Positions 38,715-51,647 of a DNA stretch of 64,000 nucleotides are shown here, piece by piece. The notes beneath the pieces were generated by a model. That model made no database searches. It saw only the letters and a list, made by a program, of their open reading frames with translations, and had not been told where the DNA came from. The position numbers and the translations under genes were made by a program. This DNA is from Octopus sinensis (lineage: Eukaryota): contig NC_042997.1 in assembly GCF_006345805.1 (NCBI RefSeq), positions 137,826,001 through 137,890,000 on the forward strand, given 5' to 3'. The number at the start of each line of letters is the position of its first letter. Position 1 is the stretch's first letter.

Positions 38715-39270
38715 ATAAGTATGTTTCTTTATTGGCCACACAGGGCTGAGCACAGAGGGGACAAAATACAAAGTAGAGCTTTTCTTTTTGCGAGAAAAAA
38801 AAAGGTGGGCTAGCATTTCAATCAAAAGGGATCGTGGAGAGAAAAAAAAAGAGTGGGGGGAGCCGATCAATAGTAATCGTGTATCACAGAAATGTCATAA
38901 TGTAAAAAGGGGAATCATTAGGTTTATCCGTGGAAAGAAAAGCCTACGGAAAAGACCACGGTAACCTTGGGCAATAATGTCATGCAAAAAAACTCATTAC
39001 AGTAAGTGACTCTCTTTTTTCCTTTTTTTTTTTTTGGTTCATAGGATTATACTCAAGCTAGCTCTGTCATTCACACGTGCCAACCTTGCTACATTCACCC
39101 ATCTTTTTTTGAAAAATTTCACTAGACAAAACTTCCCTCTCTGCTCTCATCTTCATCTTCAAGTGATACTTGAAGAAGTTAATGAGAGATTGACCAGAGA
39201 GGAAAGTGTCTTTCCCTCTTGACCTTTCAGATGCGTCCACCATACACATTCTTTCGCCATAGCCACAAAT
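38715..39270 (-). mobile_element. L1/Tx1-like LINE 3' end
   Basis: Minus-strand VAMAKECVWWT..LSGQSLINFFKYHLKMKMRAERE, followed by a 3' UTR ending in aataaagaaa. Confidence 0.65.
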
Positions 39271-39274
39271 ACGA

Positions 39275-39803
39275 TGAAACCGTTCAGCAACGTGCAACCA
39301 AGAGAATACCCTCCATGAGGCATTTGCCATATTCTGAACGCCTTACTTCCCTGGGGATGGATACAGTGAAACTCCGACGTCTGGCAGCTGACTTGACAGA
39401 CACCCATAAAATTATTAACCATCTTACAAACAATAACTCTGAGCACCTTTTCAAGCTCCACCTGTCTAACACCCGTGGACATGTTTATAAAGTCAGAAAA
39501 CAGCACAGCTCCCATGACTTTCAGAAACATTTTTTCACACTAAGTGTTGCTGAAGTATGGAACAAACTGCATCCTTCAAAATTTCCATGCTTCCTGAGCA
39601 CTGCATCCTTCAAAACTTCCATGCTTCCTGAGATTCGCCAACACTACACCTGATTTTCTCCCCTCCATACACATGCAAGCATGTATCTGACTCATACACT
39701 GTTCATTTTCCAGACATTTGTACATTACTGCATATGCTTTATACGCACTTTTGACAAGTTGTGGTGCACCTGAGCACTGTATACAATAATATCATCATTA
39801 TTA
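39275..39803 (+). mobile_element. CR1-type LINE 3' end
   Basis: ETVQQRATKRIPSMRHLPYSERL..LRRLAADL..TRGH..KHFFT; homologous to 57330-57855. Confidence 0.85.
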
Positions 39804-41167
39804 TAAATGGCTCTTCCTTCCTATTTTAAGGAAGGAGGCATGACAATATTCACAATAGACTCAGTTGATAAACTGACTCATCCCACACACAATAGGGATA
39901 AATAGATAGATGAAAAAGTTCAAAATTTAAATTGGGGGAGGGGTGAAATTTGAGTCCCTTATTAAACTTTATAACATTAAATATTAAACATTAATGTTTG
40001 TTTCTCATAAAATGGTGTATATTTAACTTACATTCAATTATTATTTATGATTAAGGCAAACAGAAGTAAAACTCAAATTCTTTTAATTTTAATGTCTTTG
40101 TCTATATTTAATTTCGATTTGCATATGTTGTCAATTCACTACAATCTCTTTAAAGTAAGCAAAATCAAAATTTTTAATTGGTGAGGGATAGGTGAGGGGT
40201 TGAAATTTAAAAAGAATTTTTTTTGCATATTCGTAATCTCTGACATCCAAAACGTAGGAATCTGAAAAAATATTTTTTTTAAAAATGCATTTTTCAAGAA
40301 TTGCGATTCTGCAATAGCCCCGAAAAAGTCATGAGTAGTATATCGCGCAAGAATCCCAGCTGGATGGAGAACTTTTATTAATTTTTGTTTTTTAGTTCTT
40401 GGGATTAATTGCAAGTGATAGGAACCTGTAGAATCAGTGCTAAGAAAAATGATGAATGCTTAATATTATAAATTAACAATAGATATGTCACTAAATTAAA
40501 GTTTTAACTTATATTCTCTTATGGAGTTTTAGAGACATACCAGTTAATAGCTTCCTTTTGAATGCAGACAAAATTTCACCTAATATAGATGATCACTACA
40601 GTTAGTAGAATTAGGAGAAATAGCAATCGAATCTTCCTCAACATACTCGTTTTTATTTTTTAAAGAAGTATACATTTAGGCCTATATATTGGCCTAAATA
40701 TACTATGTCTGAACTGAGACAGATGAGACATGACTGAAATTTGATCATAGATCTCTCGAATCAGGGCTGACCTAGAGCTTAAATTGACAAGTCATGTTTA
40801 AGAAATGAAGCTCCCCAGCCCTCCTCAGTTATCTACCTTGTTGCCTTGTAAGAGTCGATTGAGGCTATAGGATACCTTATTTTCCTCTTTAAGCTTATAC
40901 AATGTATGAATAAACAAATAGGTAAAATGAATCTCTTAAACAATGATTTTCAAACGGTAATCTGATTCTGTTATGATATCCATATGTAGTACCTCTAGAT
41001 TGTCTGACTTAAAACATACTAACATATTACAAGTTTTGGATTTGGATAAAAGTAAATTAACAATGGGTGTCATAGTAAGATATGTAGTTTGGGGATAATG
41101 TCAATGGTAAAGGGTCTATTGAATCCAAATCTTGTCCTGTAACTAATAAAATTTGTTTTCATTGTAG

Positions 41168-41235
41168 AGGTAGAAGACATAGAGCTGTTCGTCGCTCATC
41201 CAGGAGAGAGAAGAAAGAAGTAGATGAACCCAAAG
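41168..41235 (+). CDS. DCAF11: DCAF11-like putative exon 2 (RGRRHRAVRRSSRREKKEVDEPK)
   Basis: ttttcattgtag acceptor and G|gtaatt donor; open in phase 2 to 1; basic, NLS-like peptide. Confidence 0.6.
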
Positions 41236-43014
41236 GTAATTATTTCATTACATTTTAGTTTTAATTTAACCCAAGCACAGTGATTTATTTGTAATATGAT
41301 TTGTAACAGATTTTTGTGAAAGGTGTGATGAATTGTATCAACTCTAGTTCTCACAAGCATGTATTTCATTGATCTTGGAAGGCTATAAAGCAAAATAAAC
41401 TGCAGCAGGATTTGATCTCAAAATGTTGGCAATAAAATAGACTTCATTTGGTCTGGCAACTTAGAAATAACTCAAATGATCCCACTTTAAATTAATCACT
41501 TATGTTTATTATCCTGCACATATTTATAAGGATGTCTATTTGGTGTGAGTGTGTCACTAAATCATTTATATATTTTTATGTAGTTCAAACAATGATTTGC
41601 ATAATTATTCATAATATGTTTTGGCAGATTTGAATGCAAACTGTTAATCACTGGTGACATGTAAAAGGCACCCTTGCTGGTGATACGTAAAAGACACCCA
41701 CTACACTCTGTGGAGTGGTTGGCACTTAGGAAAGGCATCCAGCTATAGAAACTAAGCCAAAACAAGACAAGCCTGGTGCAGCCCTTCCCGTTTACCAGTT
41801 CCAGTTGAACTGTCTTATCCATGTCAGCATGGAAAACAAACACTATGATGGTGATGAAGCATACATCATAGGAGAACAACTTATTTTTACAATGATGATG
41901 TGTTCATAGTGCACTTGATTCATTGCTATGAGGGATTCTGGGAGACTGGTTTTTCCCATGATGCTGTGTCTCATCAGCCAGAAGCTCTCCAGATTTTAGA
42001 CTCTAAACAAGAGCTGATGATTTTTGTTTATAATTTCAGCAAACAAACTGCTGATTGGTGATGATATCTACCAACTAAAAATAAATCACTATTTGCACTA
42101 TGAACAGCAAGGTGTGATATAATGACTTGCATGTTTTATTCTTATTACATTCCAGCAAATTTGAATGCAAAATATGCCAATTACTGTTGTGTATGTCACA
42201 GGAAAACAACTTCTCTATTTTACAACAGTGTGTTTATAACACACTTGACTCATTGGTGAAATGGATTCTGGAACAACGGTGTTTCAATATGTTGTGTCTT
42301 GTAAACCAGAAACAACCCAGACCTTTTTGTTGAAACAAAAATCCTATTTTCTAACATAATATTCGAGTTTATGTTGTTATTTGGACCAGCGCATTCAGTT
42401 TCCCTCCTTACAGTTTGCCACTATTTATGTTTTGGAATTCATGATTTTAGAATTCCCCAGAAATACCAATCTTAGTTTCAAATTTTGTCACAAAGCCTGC
42501 ATTTCAGGAGAGGAAGTCAATTACATCAATCCTAGTGCTCTACTGATACTTATTTTATTAACTCTGAAAAAATGAAAGGCAAAATTAATCTTAGTGGAAT
42601 TTGAACTCAGAACAGAATGACAGCACTTTGCCTAGTGTGCTAATGATTCTGCCAGCTTGCTGCCTTCAGAAGTACCAATATTGATGTCAATGAATACCTT
42701 TCTCTCTATTTTTCTCACCTAGTCTCTCAACAAGTTAAATTTTCATCTACATATAAATAAGCTTTCTCTTTATCTAATGACAATGTACTAAGTTTTATCT
42801 CCAAGTTAAACCCTAACATCCAAGAAGACTAGTGGTGGTTTATTTTGGGGTAAAAGTTTCTCCAACAAAGTTTTTAAAAATGGATAATATTAATAAAGTG
42901 TGAAGAAAGTTTTAATGTCCTATGTTGGGACCAGAGTTATGATAAATGATATTGGTAAAATGAAATTAAAAGCTAATCAAATCATAAAAATTTGATCATG
43001 TGAAAGGGTGTGTG

Positions 43015-43070
<56 letters not shown>

Positions 43071-43209
43071 CAAGAACGAGAGGGAGGAAAAAATGGAAAC
43101 AGCTGCCTCCATAAAGCAAACTTTTTATTTGATGTTAATATTTTATATTGTAATCTCTCTTATTCCCAAATTATGTGTGTACTTACATTTTTATTATTTT
43201 CTATTCTAG

Positions 43210-43241
43210 CTGACCAAGAAGCTCTGAAATCAACAGTTCAT
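43210..43241 (+). CDS. DCAF11: DCAF11-like putative 32-nt exon 3 (ADQEALKSTVH)
   Basis: Polypyrimidine tract plus ttctag acceptor and a gtaagc donor. Phase 1 to 0 exactly bridges exon 2 and exon 4. Confidence 0.6.
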
Positions 43242-43296
43242 GTAAGCATGATTGATGTTTGGGGAATGTCATGAAGGTAACACCCTTGTAACGTTT

Positions 43297-43341
<45 letters not shown>

Positions 43342-43564
43342 GTTTATGTATAACCCACAGCATATTTATACTCTAGCTATAAATATTTGGCTTTCAACCT
43401 TGTACTGTTGTGTAAAATTCTGAGTGCTTGTCAACAATTTTTTCTTTAATATTTTAACAAGTAAGTCTCAGTTTCTTCACTAAAGCCGCTAAATGAATCT
43501 TCAATGAAAGACAAAGCTAGTTGGTTTGAATCTCATTTCAACCTGCCAAAAACAGTTTAGTTTA

Positions 43565-45007
43565 ATCATCATCATCGTTTAACGTCCGTTTTCCGCGCTA
43601 GCACGGGTTGGACGGTTTCGACCGGGGTCTGGGGAGCTCGGGACTGCCCCAGGCTCCAGTCTAGTCTGGCAGTGTTTCTACAGCTGGATGCCCTTCCTAA
43701 CGCCAACCACTCCGCGAGTGTAGTGGGTGTTTTTTACGTGCCACCTGCACAGGTGCCAGAGGGGTCTGGCATCGGCCACGTTCGGATGGTGCTTTTTATG
43801 GGGGGGGGGGTGCAGAAATATAGGGGAGCACCAGTGGGAGGGGTGGTTCAGAGGACAGGTTCTAGGCAAGTAGAACGTAGGAAATCGAGAGAGGGGTAAT
43901 GCATGGTGAAATAGCGTATTGAAGAGGGGGGTTCAAAGAGTAGACACCTATAATGGTGGTGGGGGGGTGCAGAAATATAGGGGAGCACCAGTGGGAGGGG
44001 TGGTTCTGAGGACAGGTTCTAGGCAAGTAGAACGTAGGATATCGAGAGAGGGGTAATGCATGGTGAAATAGCGTATTGAAGAGGGGGGTTCAAAGAGTAG
44101 ACACCTATAATGGTGGGGGGGGGGTGCAGAAATATAGGGGAGCACCAGTGGGAGGGGTGGTCCAGAGGACAGGTTCTAGGCAAGTAGAACGTAGGATATC
44201 GAAAGAGGGGTAATGCATGGTGAAATAGCGTATTGAAGAGGGGGGTTCAAAGAGTAGACACCTATAATGGTGGTGCAGAAATATAGGGGAGCACCAGTGG
44301 GAGGGGTGGTTCAGAGGACAGGTTCTAGACAAGTAGAACGTAGGATATCGAGAGAGGGGTAATGCATGGTGAAATAGCGTATTGAAGAGGGGGGTTCAAA
44401 GAGTAGACACCTATAATGGTGGTGGGAGAAACGACATCCGGTATAGTTGGAGCAAAATAGAGATATCCGGTATTGGTGGGGGTGGGTAGGGCGGGCGCGC
44501 CGCGAAGAATCGGCGGCCAATTCGATCAGCCCTGTAAGGGAGATAGATCTTAAATATCTATAACGATAACTAATGAATTATACAGAATATGCAAAAACGA
44601 GGCGAGGCTGAAATAGTAAACAGAGTGGCGACTAGGGGGCTCAGAATAATGATACATAATAAATAATAATAAATAGAGATACGGGGTGAATTAAAGTTCA
44701 AAGATTTCTTAACTTGGGATCACTTCGTTTACGGACAGTCTTGGCAAAAGGAATTCGGAATCAAGAATGAGGCAGGTTACTAGCTTAAGTATGCATAGCC
44801 ATGGAGAGAAGTAGGAAGAGAGGAGTCCAGACAGACAATGTAAAAAGAGGGGGAGAGAAGGGGAAGAGAACCCCGCGAAGAATCGGCGGCCAATTCAATC
44901 AGCCCTGTAAAGGAGATAGATCTTAAATATCTATAACGATAACTAATGAATTATACAGAATATGCAAAAACGAGGTGAGGCTGAAATAGTAAACAGAGTG
45001 GCGACTA
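43565..45007 (-). mobile_element. Young composite insertion: RTE-type tail, G-rich 4 x ~155-bp tandem array and two ~135-bp direct repeats
   Basis: RTE tail at 43565-43800; tandem units starting near 43801, 43961, 44116 and 44272; direct repeats at 44500-44634 and 44873-45007; CpGs retained. Confidence 0.7.
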
Positions 45008-45214
45008 TGAGAACTAATTTCGCAGAAACACTAAATATACATTTATCAAACATATGACATACGACACCATATACATATTTATTCATAACTCACCTCTCTA
45101 TTGGTACTCCATTAATATTTATGTAGTTATGTGTTTATATATGTGTGTGTATGTCATCATTTATATAACACTCATATATATACCTGTATATGTGCCTCTG
45201 TTTATATATGTATA

Positions 45215-45647
45215 TTCTTTTATTTTACTTGTTGCAGTTGTTTGACTGCAACCATACTGGAGCACCGCCTTGAAGTGTTTTTGTTGAACAATTCGACCTC
45301 AGGACTTATTTTTAAGCCTAGTATTTATTCTATCCATCTCCTTGCTGAACAACTAAGTTACAGGGACTTAAACACACCAACACTGGTTGTCAAGCGACGA
45401 TGGTGGGGCACAAACACACACAAAAGCACACACACAGATATATATACATACATATATACATATGTGTGTGTGTATATATATATATATATATAGCTTCTTT
45501 CAGTTTCTGTCTACCAAATCCACTGATAAGGCTTTGGTTGACCTGAGGCTATAGTAGTAGTCATTTGCCCAAGGTGCCACGCATTGGGACTGAACCTGAA
45601 ACCATGTGGTTGGGATGCAAGCTTCTTACCACATAGCCACACCTGTG
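45215..45647 (-). mobile_element. Family A SINE, full length
   Basis: Reverse complement of the 29263-29635 type. Further copies near 49790-50125, 56460-56830 and 58865-59020. Confidence 0.85.
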
Positions 45648-48600
45648 TCTATATATGTATAAATATTTTTAAAAATTTAATACTTGGTGTATGCATGAGT
45701 GTGTTAGAAGAGGATGGGTGGTGAATTGAGGCCAAAAGAGTTGTGGTTTCAGAGGGGAAAAATAGAATACTGCTTTCTGTGAAGCCTGTAGTTTGTGGAT
45801 CGACTGTATAAAACCAAACCAAATGTGTTGAATTGTCCACTGAGTAAAGGGTTTTAGTTTCTGCGCCAGATGTTGTGAAGATGTTCCGTGAATTGGTTAG
45901 CTACATTCTCTAGAAATTTATTTTATCTCCATTACCATTTAATGTTCATCTTCTATGCTGACATGGGTTGGATGGTTTAACAGTATCTAGTAAGCCAGAA
46001 GACTACATCAAGCTCCAGTGTCTGCTTTGGCATGGTTTCTACAGCTGGTTGCCCTTCCAAATGCCAACTACTTTACTGAGTGAACTGAGTTCTCTTTTTA
46101 TGGTACCGGCACTAGTGAGGTCACCTTGTAACTCACATATCAAGACCCCTTGACTGAGTCAGGGTGCAATATTGAGGGACATGGCTTTGTGTCAGGTGTC
46201 GAGACATTAAAGTGTGATAGAGGAACAGACACAAGTGTCATGCTGCTATGGAGATACATGGCTACTTCAGCTGGAAGAAGTGAAAAGATGGTAGTAATGA
46301 TGTGTCAGGTCATATCCTCAAGGGTCAAAAATGTGAATATAAAAGAGAATAGAAACAAGATTGAGAAGAGTGGGTAGGTAAAGTCATAAGAGTGTGATAG
46401 GTGTATGAGATCAACATTATTATCATCATCATCATGAGTTGTAGGGAAGGTTTTGTCATCTCCTCTATGAGGGCCAACATCCTAAGATTGGTTTTCACTA
46501 CTTTGTCCCATGTCTTCCTGGGTCCCTACTTTGTTGCATATCTTCCACAGATTCCATCCACATATTTTGCAACTGAATCATCTTTATGTAGCTGTTCTCA
46601 TTCAAATGCATCACATGATCATATCAACAGTTTTCTCTCTTGCATACTATATCTAATGCATTTTATGCCCAGATTTTCTCTCAAATCCTTTGCATTTTTT
46701 TGTACATACACATTGATGTTGCACATCCAACAGAACAAACTAGTTTCATTTCTTTCATGTCTTCACATGTGCTCTGCATTCACAGCCCATATTTCACTAC
46801 CACATAGCTTTGCTGTTTGTACACAAACATCATACAATATTGCCTTTCATTCTGAGGGAGAGGCTTTTTATTAACAACAGAGCTAATAGCTCTCTTAACT
46901 TTCCCCAGGGGACATTATATTATTTTTAATATCACATAGAAGCACCTGTGCAGCACCACGTAAAAACACCTGTGTGGTGCCACGTAAAAGCATCCAGCAT
47001 ACTCTGGTTGGTGTTAGGAAGGGCATCCAGCCATAGAAACCATGCCAAATTAGACTGGAACCTGGTGCAGCTCTCTAGCTTGCCATCTCTGGTCAAACTG
47101 TCCAATCCATGCCAGCATGGACAATAAATGTTAAATAATGGTGATGATGATAGTTTTATAGAGATCATAGAGATGCTAGAGAGGAGTTATGTCCATGTGT
47201 GCTGTGTACAAATATATACAAAATGTAACATGAAAGAGATCCTTCACTAGTGTAAGGAACACAGGCACAAATTTTTTTAGATGAATAAAGCTCTGGATTG
47301 GGTGGAATAAGTATACTGTTAACAGGGAAATGTTTACATATTCTAATTGGATTAGAATATGTAAACAGATTAATTATGCTTAAGTTAGTTATAGGCTACA
47401 GTGATTTCTGCATATGTGTTACAATCAGGTATGACAGATGTACAAAAGAACCAGTTCTATGAAGTCCTCTTGTGGACTACTTCAGTGACTAATGACAATA
47501 ACCTTGTTGTCACTTCTAAGGAGGTCAGTGGACACTGGGAAATATCCACAACAGCCATAGTCTCCCTGTACTCAAGTGTACATGAAGGCTATTGCACAAG
47601 GAATAAAGAAGAATCAAGGGTGCTGGAGTTTTGTGATACAACTCTGATCTAACCATTTGTAACTCATCATCGTCATCATTGTTTAACGTCCACTCTCCAT
47701 GCTGACACGAGTTGGATGATTTGACATAGAGCTGGCTAGCAGGGAGTTGTTCAGACTCTAGCTGTCAGTTGTGGCACGGTTTCTGTGGCTTGATGTCCTT
47801 AATGCCAACCACTTAGTAGAGTGTGCTGGGTGCATTTACATAGCACTAGCATTGACACAGCACCAGTATGGGTACTTTTTAAGTGGTACCAGCACCCAAA
47901 AGGACATGCCTGCATGTGTGGAAGACAGTGATTTTTCTTAGCTTGACATATCTTATAAGTATAGCAAAATCACATCTCCCAGTCTCTTGTCATTTCCTCA
48001 GTGAGGCCCAGCATCTGAAGATCCTTTCTCACCACTTTGTCTCACATCTTCCTGGGTCTACTCTTTCCACAGGTACCCTCCACAATTAAAGCTTAGCTGT
48101 CCTCCTGAAAACCAGTTACAGATCTGTTTATTTACTACTCATGTGAACATGCAAATAGAAAGATTTCATGCTTATTAGGAAACAGAATAGATAGCTGGCT
48201 GTGTTTCTAAATTTTTCCCCTATGAAGAAAGTAGCACTTGAGATAGACTAATGGTCAATGACTCCTTAAGGTTAGAACAGAATAGACACAGAAATGAGAA
48301 AAGCTGAAAGTGAAAGCTACAAAATCTAAAAGATCCTTCAGTCATACATAAATTCAAAGAAGTAACAGGTAAAACTTCTGATTGAAGTAAGAGAGATAGA
48401 TACATACAACAACTGGGAGTTTTTCAGAGACAATCTGCTAAGAACCACAGACCAGAATTGAAAATGGAGCAAGGTCCCAGCTAGATGGAAGGTGACATGG
48501 TGGTAGAATGGTAGAGAAGATAGTCATAAAGGTCAAAACATATGTCTAAGAAGATTTGATGAGTAGAAGGGGCAAGGAATAGTATCATGTAGATCGAAGA

Positions 48601-49206
48601 GAAGTTAGACATCAGGCATTTTTAACAAAGAGAGGAGATCTATGTGGAGGTCTGACAATGTTCTGTTGCAAGAGGATCAGAGGTCTGATGTTTTTCAGAT
48701 TGCAAAGCTGAATCAGGATGTCGTTGGTGAAAAGTGTTTTTGAAATGTGAGTGGTACCTCACTTAGGCAAAATGAGATCTAAGAGTCTAAAACCCCCTTT
48801 GTTCATGAATGACCATGGGATTGCACTTTGAAAAGTTCCCTTCTGAGGCATAGTCCAGGCAAGGTTATTTATGGAAGTCGCCCATGCATACCAATATTGC
48901 ACCAGTGATGTAGCAACTCATTTCTACAGCTGAGTGAACTGGAGTAATGTGAAATAAAGTGTCTTACTCAAGAACACAACACACAGCTCAGTCCAGGAAT
49001 TGAAATCACTACCTCATGATTGTGAGCTTCACACTCTTATCACTGAGCCATTTGCCTTTGCAAAAAGAAATACAGCCCAGCTAATTAGGAAAAGGATTAT
49101 ATTATATTAGATGCTATACAAATTTATGCCAAAATGAAGATTTTTCAATGAGTTGTTTAAGAAATTTAATTGCAGCTAGTTGTCTATCAGAGCTCCTTTC
49201 TCAGCT

Positions 49207-49373
49207 CCTCACGGAGTGGTTGGCGTTAGGAAGGGCATCCAGCCATAGAAACACTGCCAGATCTGACTAGGCCTGATGAAGCCTTCCGGCTTCACAGACC
49301 CCAGTTAAACCGTCCAACCCATGCTAGCATGGAAAACGGACGCTAAACGATGATGACGATGATGATGATGATG
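49207..49373 (+). mobile_element. Short RTE-type 3' tail with (GAT)n
   Basis: Near-identical to 790-942. More diverged copies at about 41650-41855, 46940-47150, 47665-47830, 49466-49680, 50990-51207, 51655-51830 and 62390-62600. Confidence 0.85.
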
Positions 49374-51213
49374 AGAGAGGAGTAAACTCTTCTCTCAGAT
49401 GAATTAGTTCTGACAACTGAATCTGTCAAAGAACTAAGGAAGGCATTCTGAATGTGAAAGCAAAGTCATCATCATCACTTAGCGTCTGTTTTCCATGCTG
49501 GTATGGATTAGATGGTTTGACTGGAACTGATAAGCCAGAGAACTGCACTAGGTTCCAGTCTAATTTGGCTGTGTTCTACAGATGGATGCCCTTCCTAATG
49601 CCAAGCACTCCATAGAGTGTACCAAATGTCTTTTATGTGCCACCAGCACAGGTGTCACTGGCACTAGCCACAATTATGATTTCATTTGATTTGACAAAAA
49701 GTCCTCAAAGTTAACCTATCAAGGACATAAGTTTTGGTTTGCCAGAAATATGACAGCACTCTTAATACCATCTCATAAGTAGCCATATTCTACTTGCTTC
49801 AGTCATTTAACTGCGGCCATGCTGGGGTAATGTCTTGAAGACTTTTTAGTCAAATGAATCGACCCTGGTACTTATTTTCTCTTTGTTACATCTGGTACTT
49901 ATTCCATCAGTCTCATTTACCAAACCACTAAGTTACGGGGGGCGCAATCACATAAACACCTGTTATCAATTGGTGGTGGCAAACAAACACAAAAACACCC
50001 ACACATAGACATATATATGACAGCCTTCTTTCAGTTTACATATACCAAGTCTACTTGCAAGTAATTGCTCGACCTGAGGCTACAGTAGAAGACACATGCC
50101 CAAGGTGCTATGCAGTGGAACTGAGTCTTTTTCAATATGCATAAGAGGGACTGGTAGGAATTCTATGCATTGTCTTTAATATAAACTGTGGGTGCATAAA
50201 TAATGCAATAAGATCACAGGCAGGCTGAGAGAAAAAGAAGCACCTCATATGTAGCAGATGCACATAAGTAATTAGCAGTAATAGCAACCATAAAATGAAT
50301 TCATTAAATGGGTCGATGACTCCCTAGAAGTAGTTGTTTACTTCAATTTCCTAACTAGCAATGGTGGTGGGTGTTTTCAAAGTCTAGTAGCCAGAATAAA
50401 AATGGAGATGAGGAAAAAAATTAGGACAGATTGCTTGATGTTTATGTATGAAGTGTGATAATACATGGTGGCAAAACCTGGCATTGAATGTGAGTGAAGG
50501 CTAGAAAGAATTAAGATGAGCATGTTTCACTGGACATTTAATATTGGCTTCAAATGTTGGCACAAGACCAGCAATTTCAGCGGATGGAGTAAGTTGATTA
50601 CATCAACCCCAGTGCTCGGTTGGTACTTATTTTATTAACCTCCAAAAGGATGAAAGGCAAAGTTGACTTCAGCAGAATTTGAACTCAGAATGTAAAGATG
50701 AATGAAATGCTGTTAAACAATTTGTTTGGCTTGCAACTAAGAGAAAACAGGTGAATATAAGAAGAATCATGTAATGTGCATGGGGCATGATAGTTGATTA
50801 AGAAGTGCCAAATGATTTCAGCAGAAGGCACCTATGAAAAAGGAGCAAGTGTGAAAGCTGACCTTAGAATACTAAACTTCATGAAGGAAATGATGATGGA
50901 CCACAGCAAGTGGTTAGTTGGAGGAGACTCCTTTGTCTCATATGAACATAGGAAAACAGACATGATAATGATTCACGTAAAAATCACCATTTGAGCGTGG
51001 CTGTTGCAAGTACCGCCAGACTGGCCCTCATGCCGGTGGCACATAAAAGCACCCACTACACTCTAGGAGTGGTTGGTATTAGGAAGGGTATCCAGATGTA
51101 GAAACTCTGCCAGATCAGATTGGAGCCTGGTGCAGCCATCTGGTTCACTAGTCCTCAGTCAAATCGTCCAACTCATGCTAGCATGGAAAGCAGACGTTAA
51201 ATGATGATATGTA

Positions 51214-51647
51214 TATAAGGTGGTATCAAAAGTTCCAGGACTAGTTATGTTTAATAAAAAATAAGTTATTTACCTAAGGTTTAACATCATCTCCTTCAAA
51301 ATAGTCACCTTGCACAGCAATACACTGGTATCAACATTATGTATAACCCATTGCCTCATTGCTGTAGGCTTGTCGAAGCATGCTCAATATCTCTGTAGCA
51401 GACTTCCCAAGTTTAACGTAAAATATCACATTGAGTCTTTGTTCCTGTCCATGACAAAATGCAGATTACAGCATACATGTGATCATAAAAATACAAATTT
51501 CACAACTTGTGAAGTAAACACAACAATGTCACTCAGCACATTGCCTCATGAAGAGCACTACTAGCTCTCACTGTGCACACAACCATATGCTGCCATCTGT
51601 TGTTACACTACAGGACTAGTCCAGGAACTTTTTGATACCACATCGTA
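51214..51647. mobile_element. Mariner-type MITE
   Basis: TIRs tataaggtggtatcaaaagttccaggactagt / actagtccaggaactttttgataccacatcgta, TA-flanked. Confidence 0.8.

Larger units (their letters stand above)
38348..40321. mobile_element. Merlin-like non-autonomous DNA element with nested LINE fragments, in DCAF11 intron 1
   Basis: TIRs start GGGGCTATTGCAGAATCGC and extend imperfectly for more than 100 bp. Perfect 8-bp TSD GAAAAAGT at 38340-38347 and 40322-40329. Confidence 0.85.

Noticed and set aside
43801-44422. Tandem array as a CRISPR-like locus
   Set aside because: The units are contiguous and near-identical with no unique spacers, the context is eukaryotic, and no cas genes are present.
44500-45007. 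TRIM or mini-LTR element
   Set aside because: The direct repeats lack TG..CA ends, PBS/PPT and a TSD.
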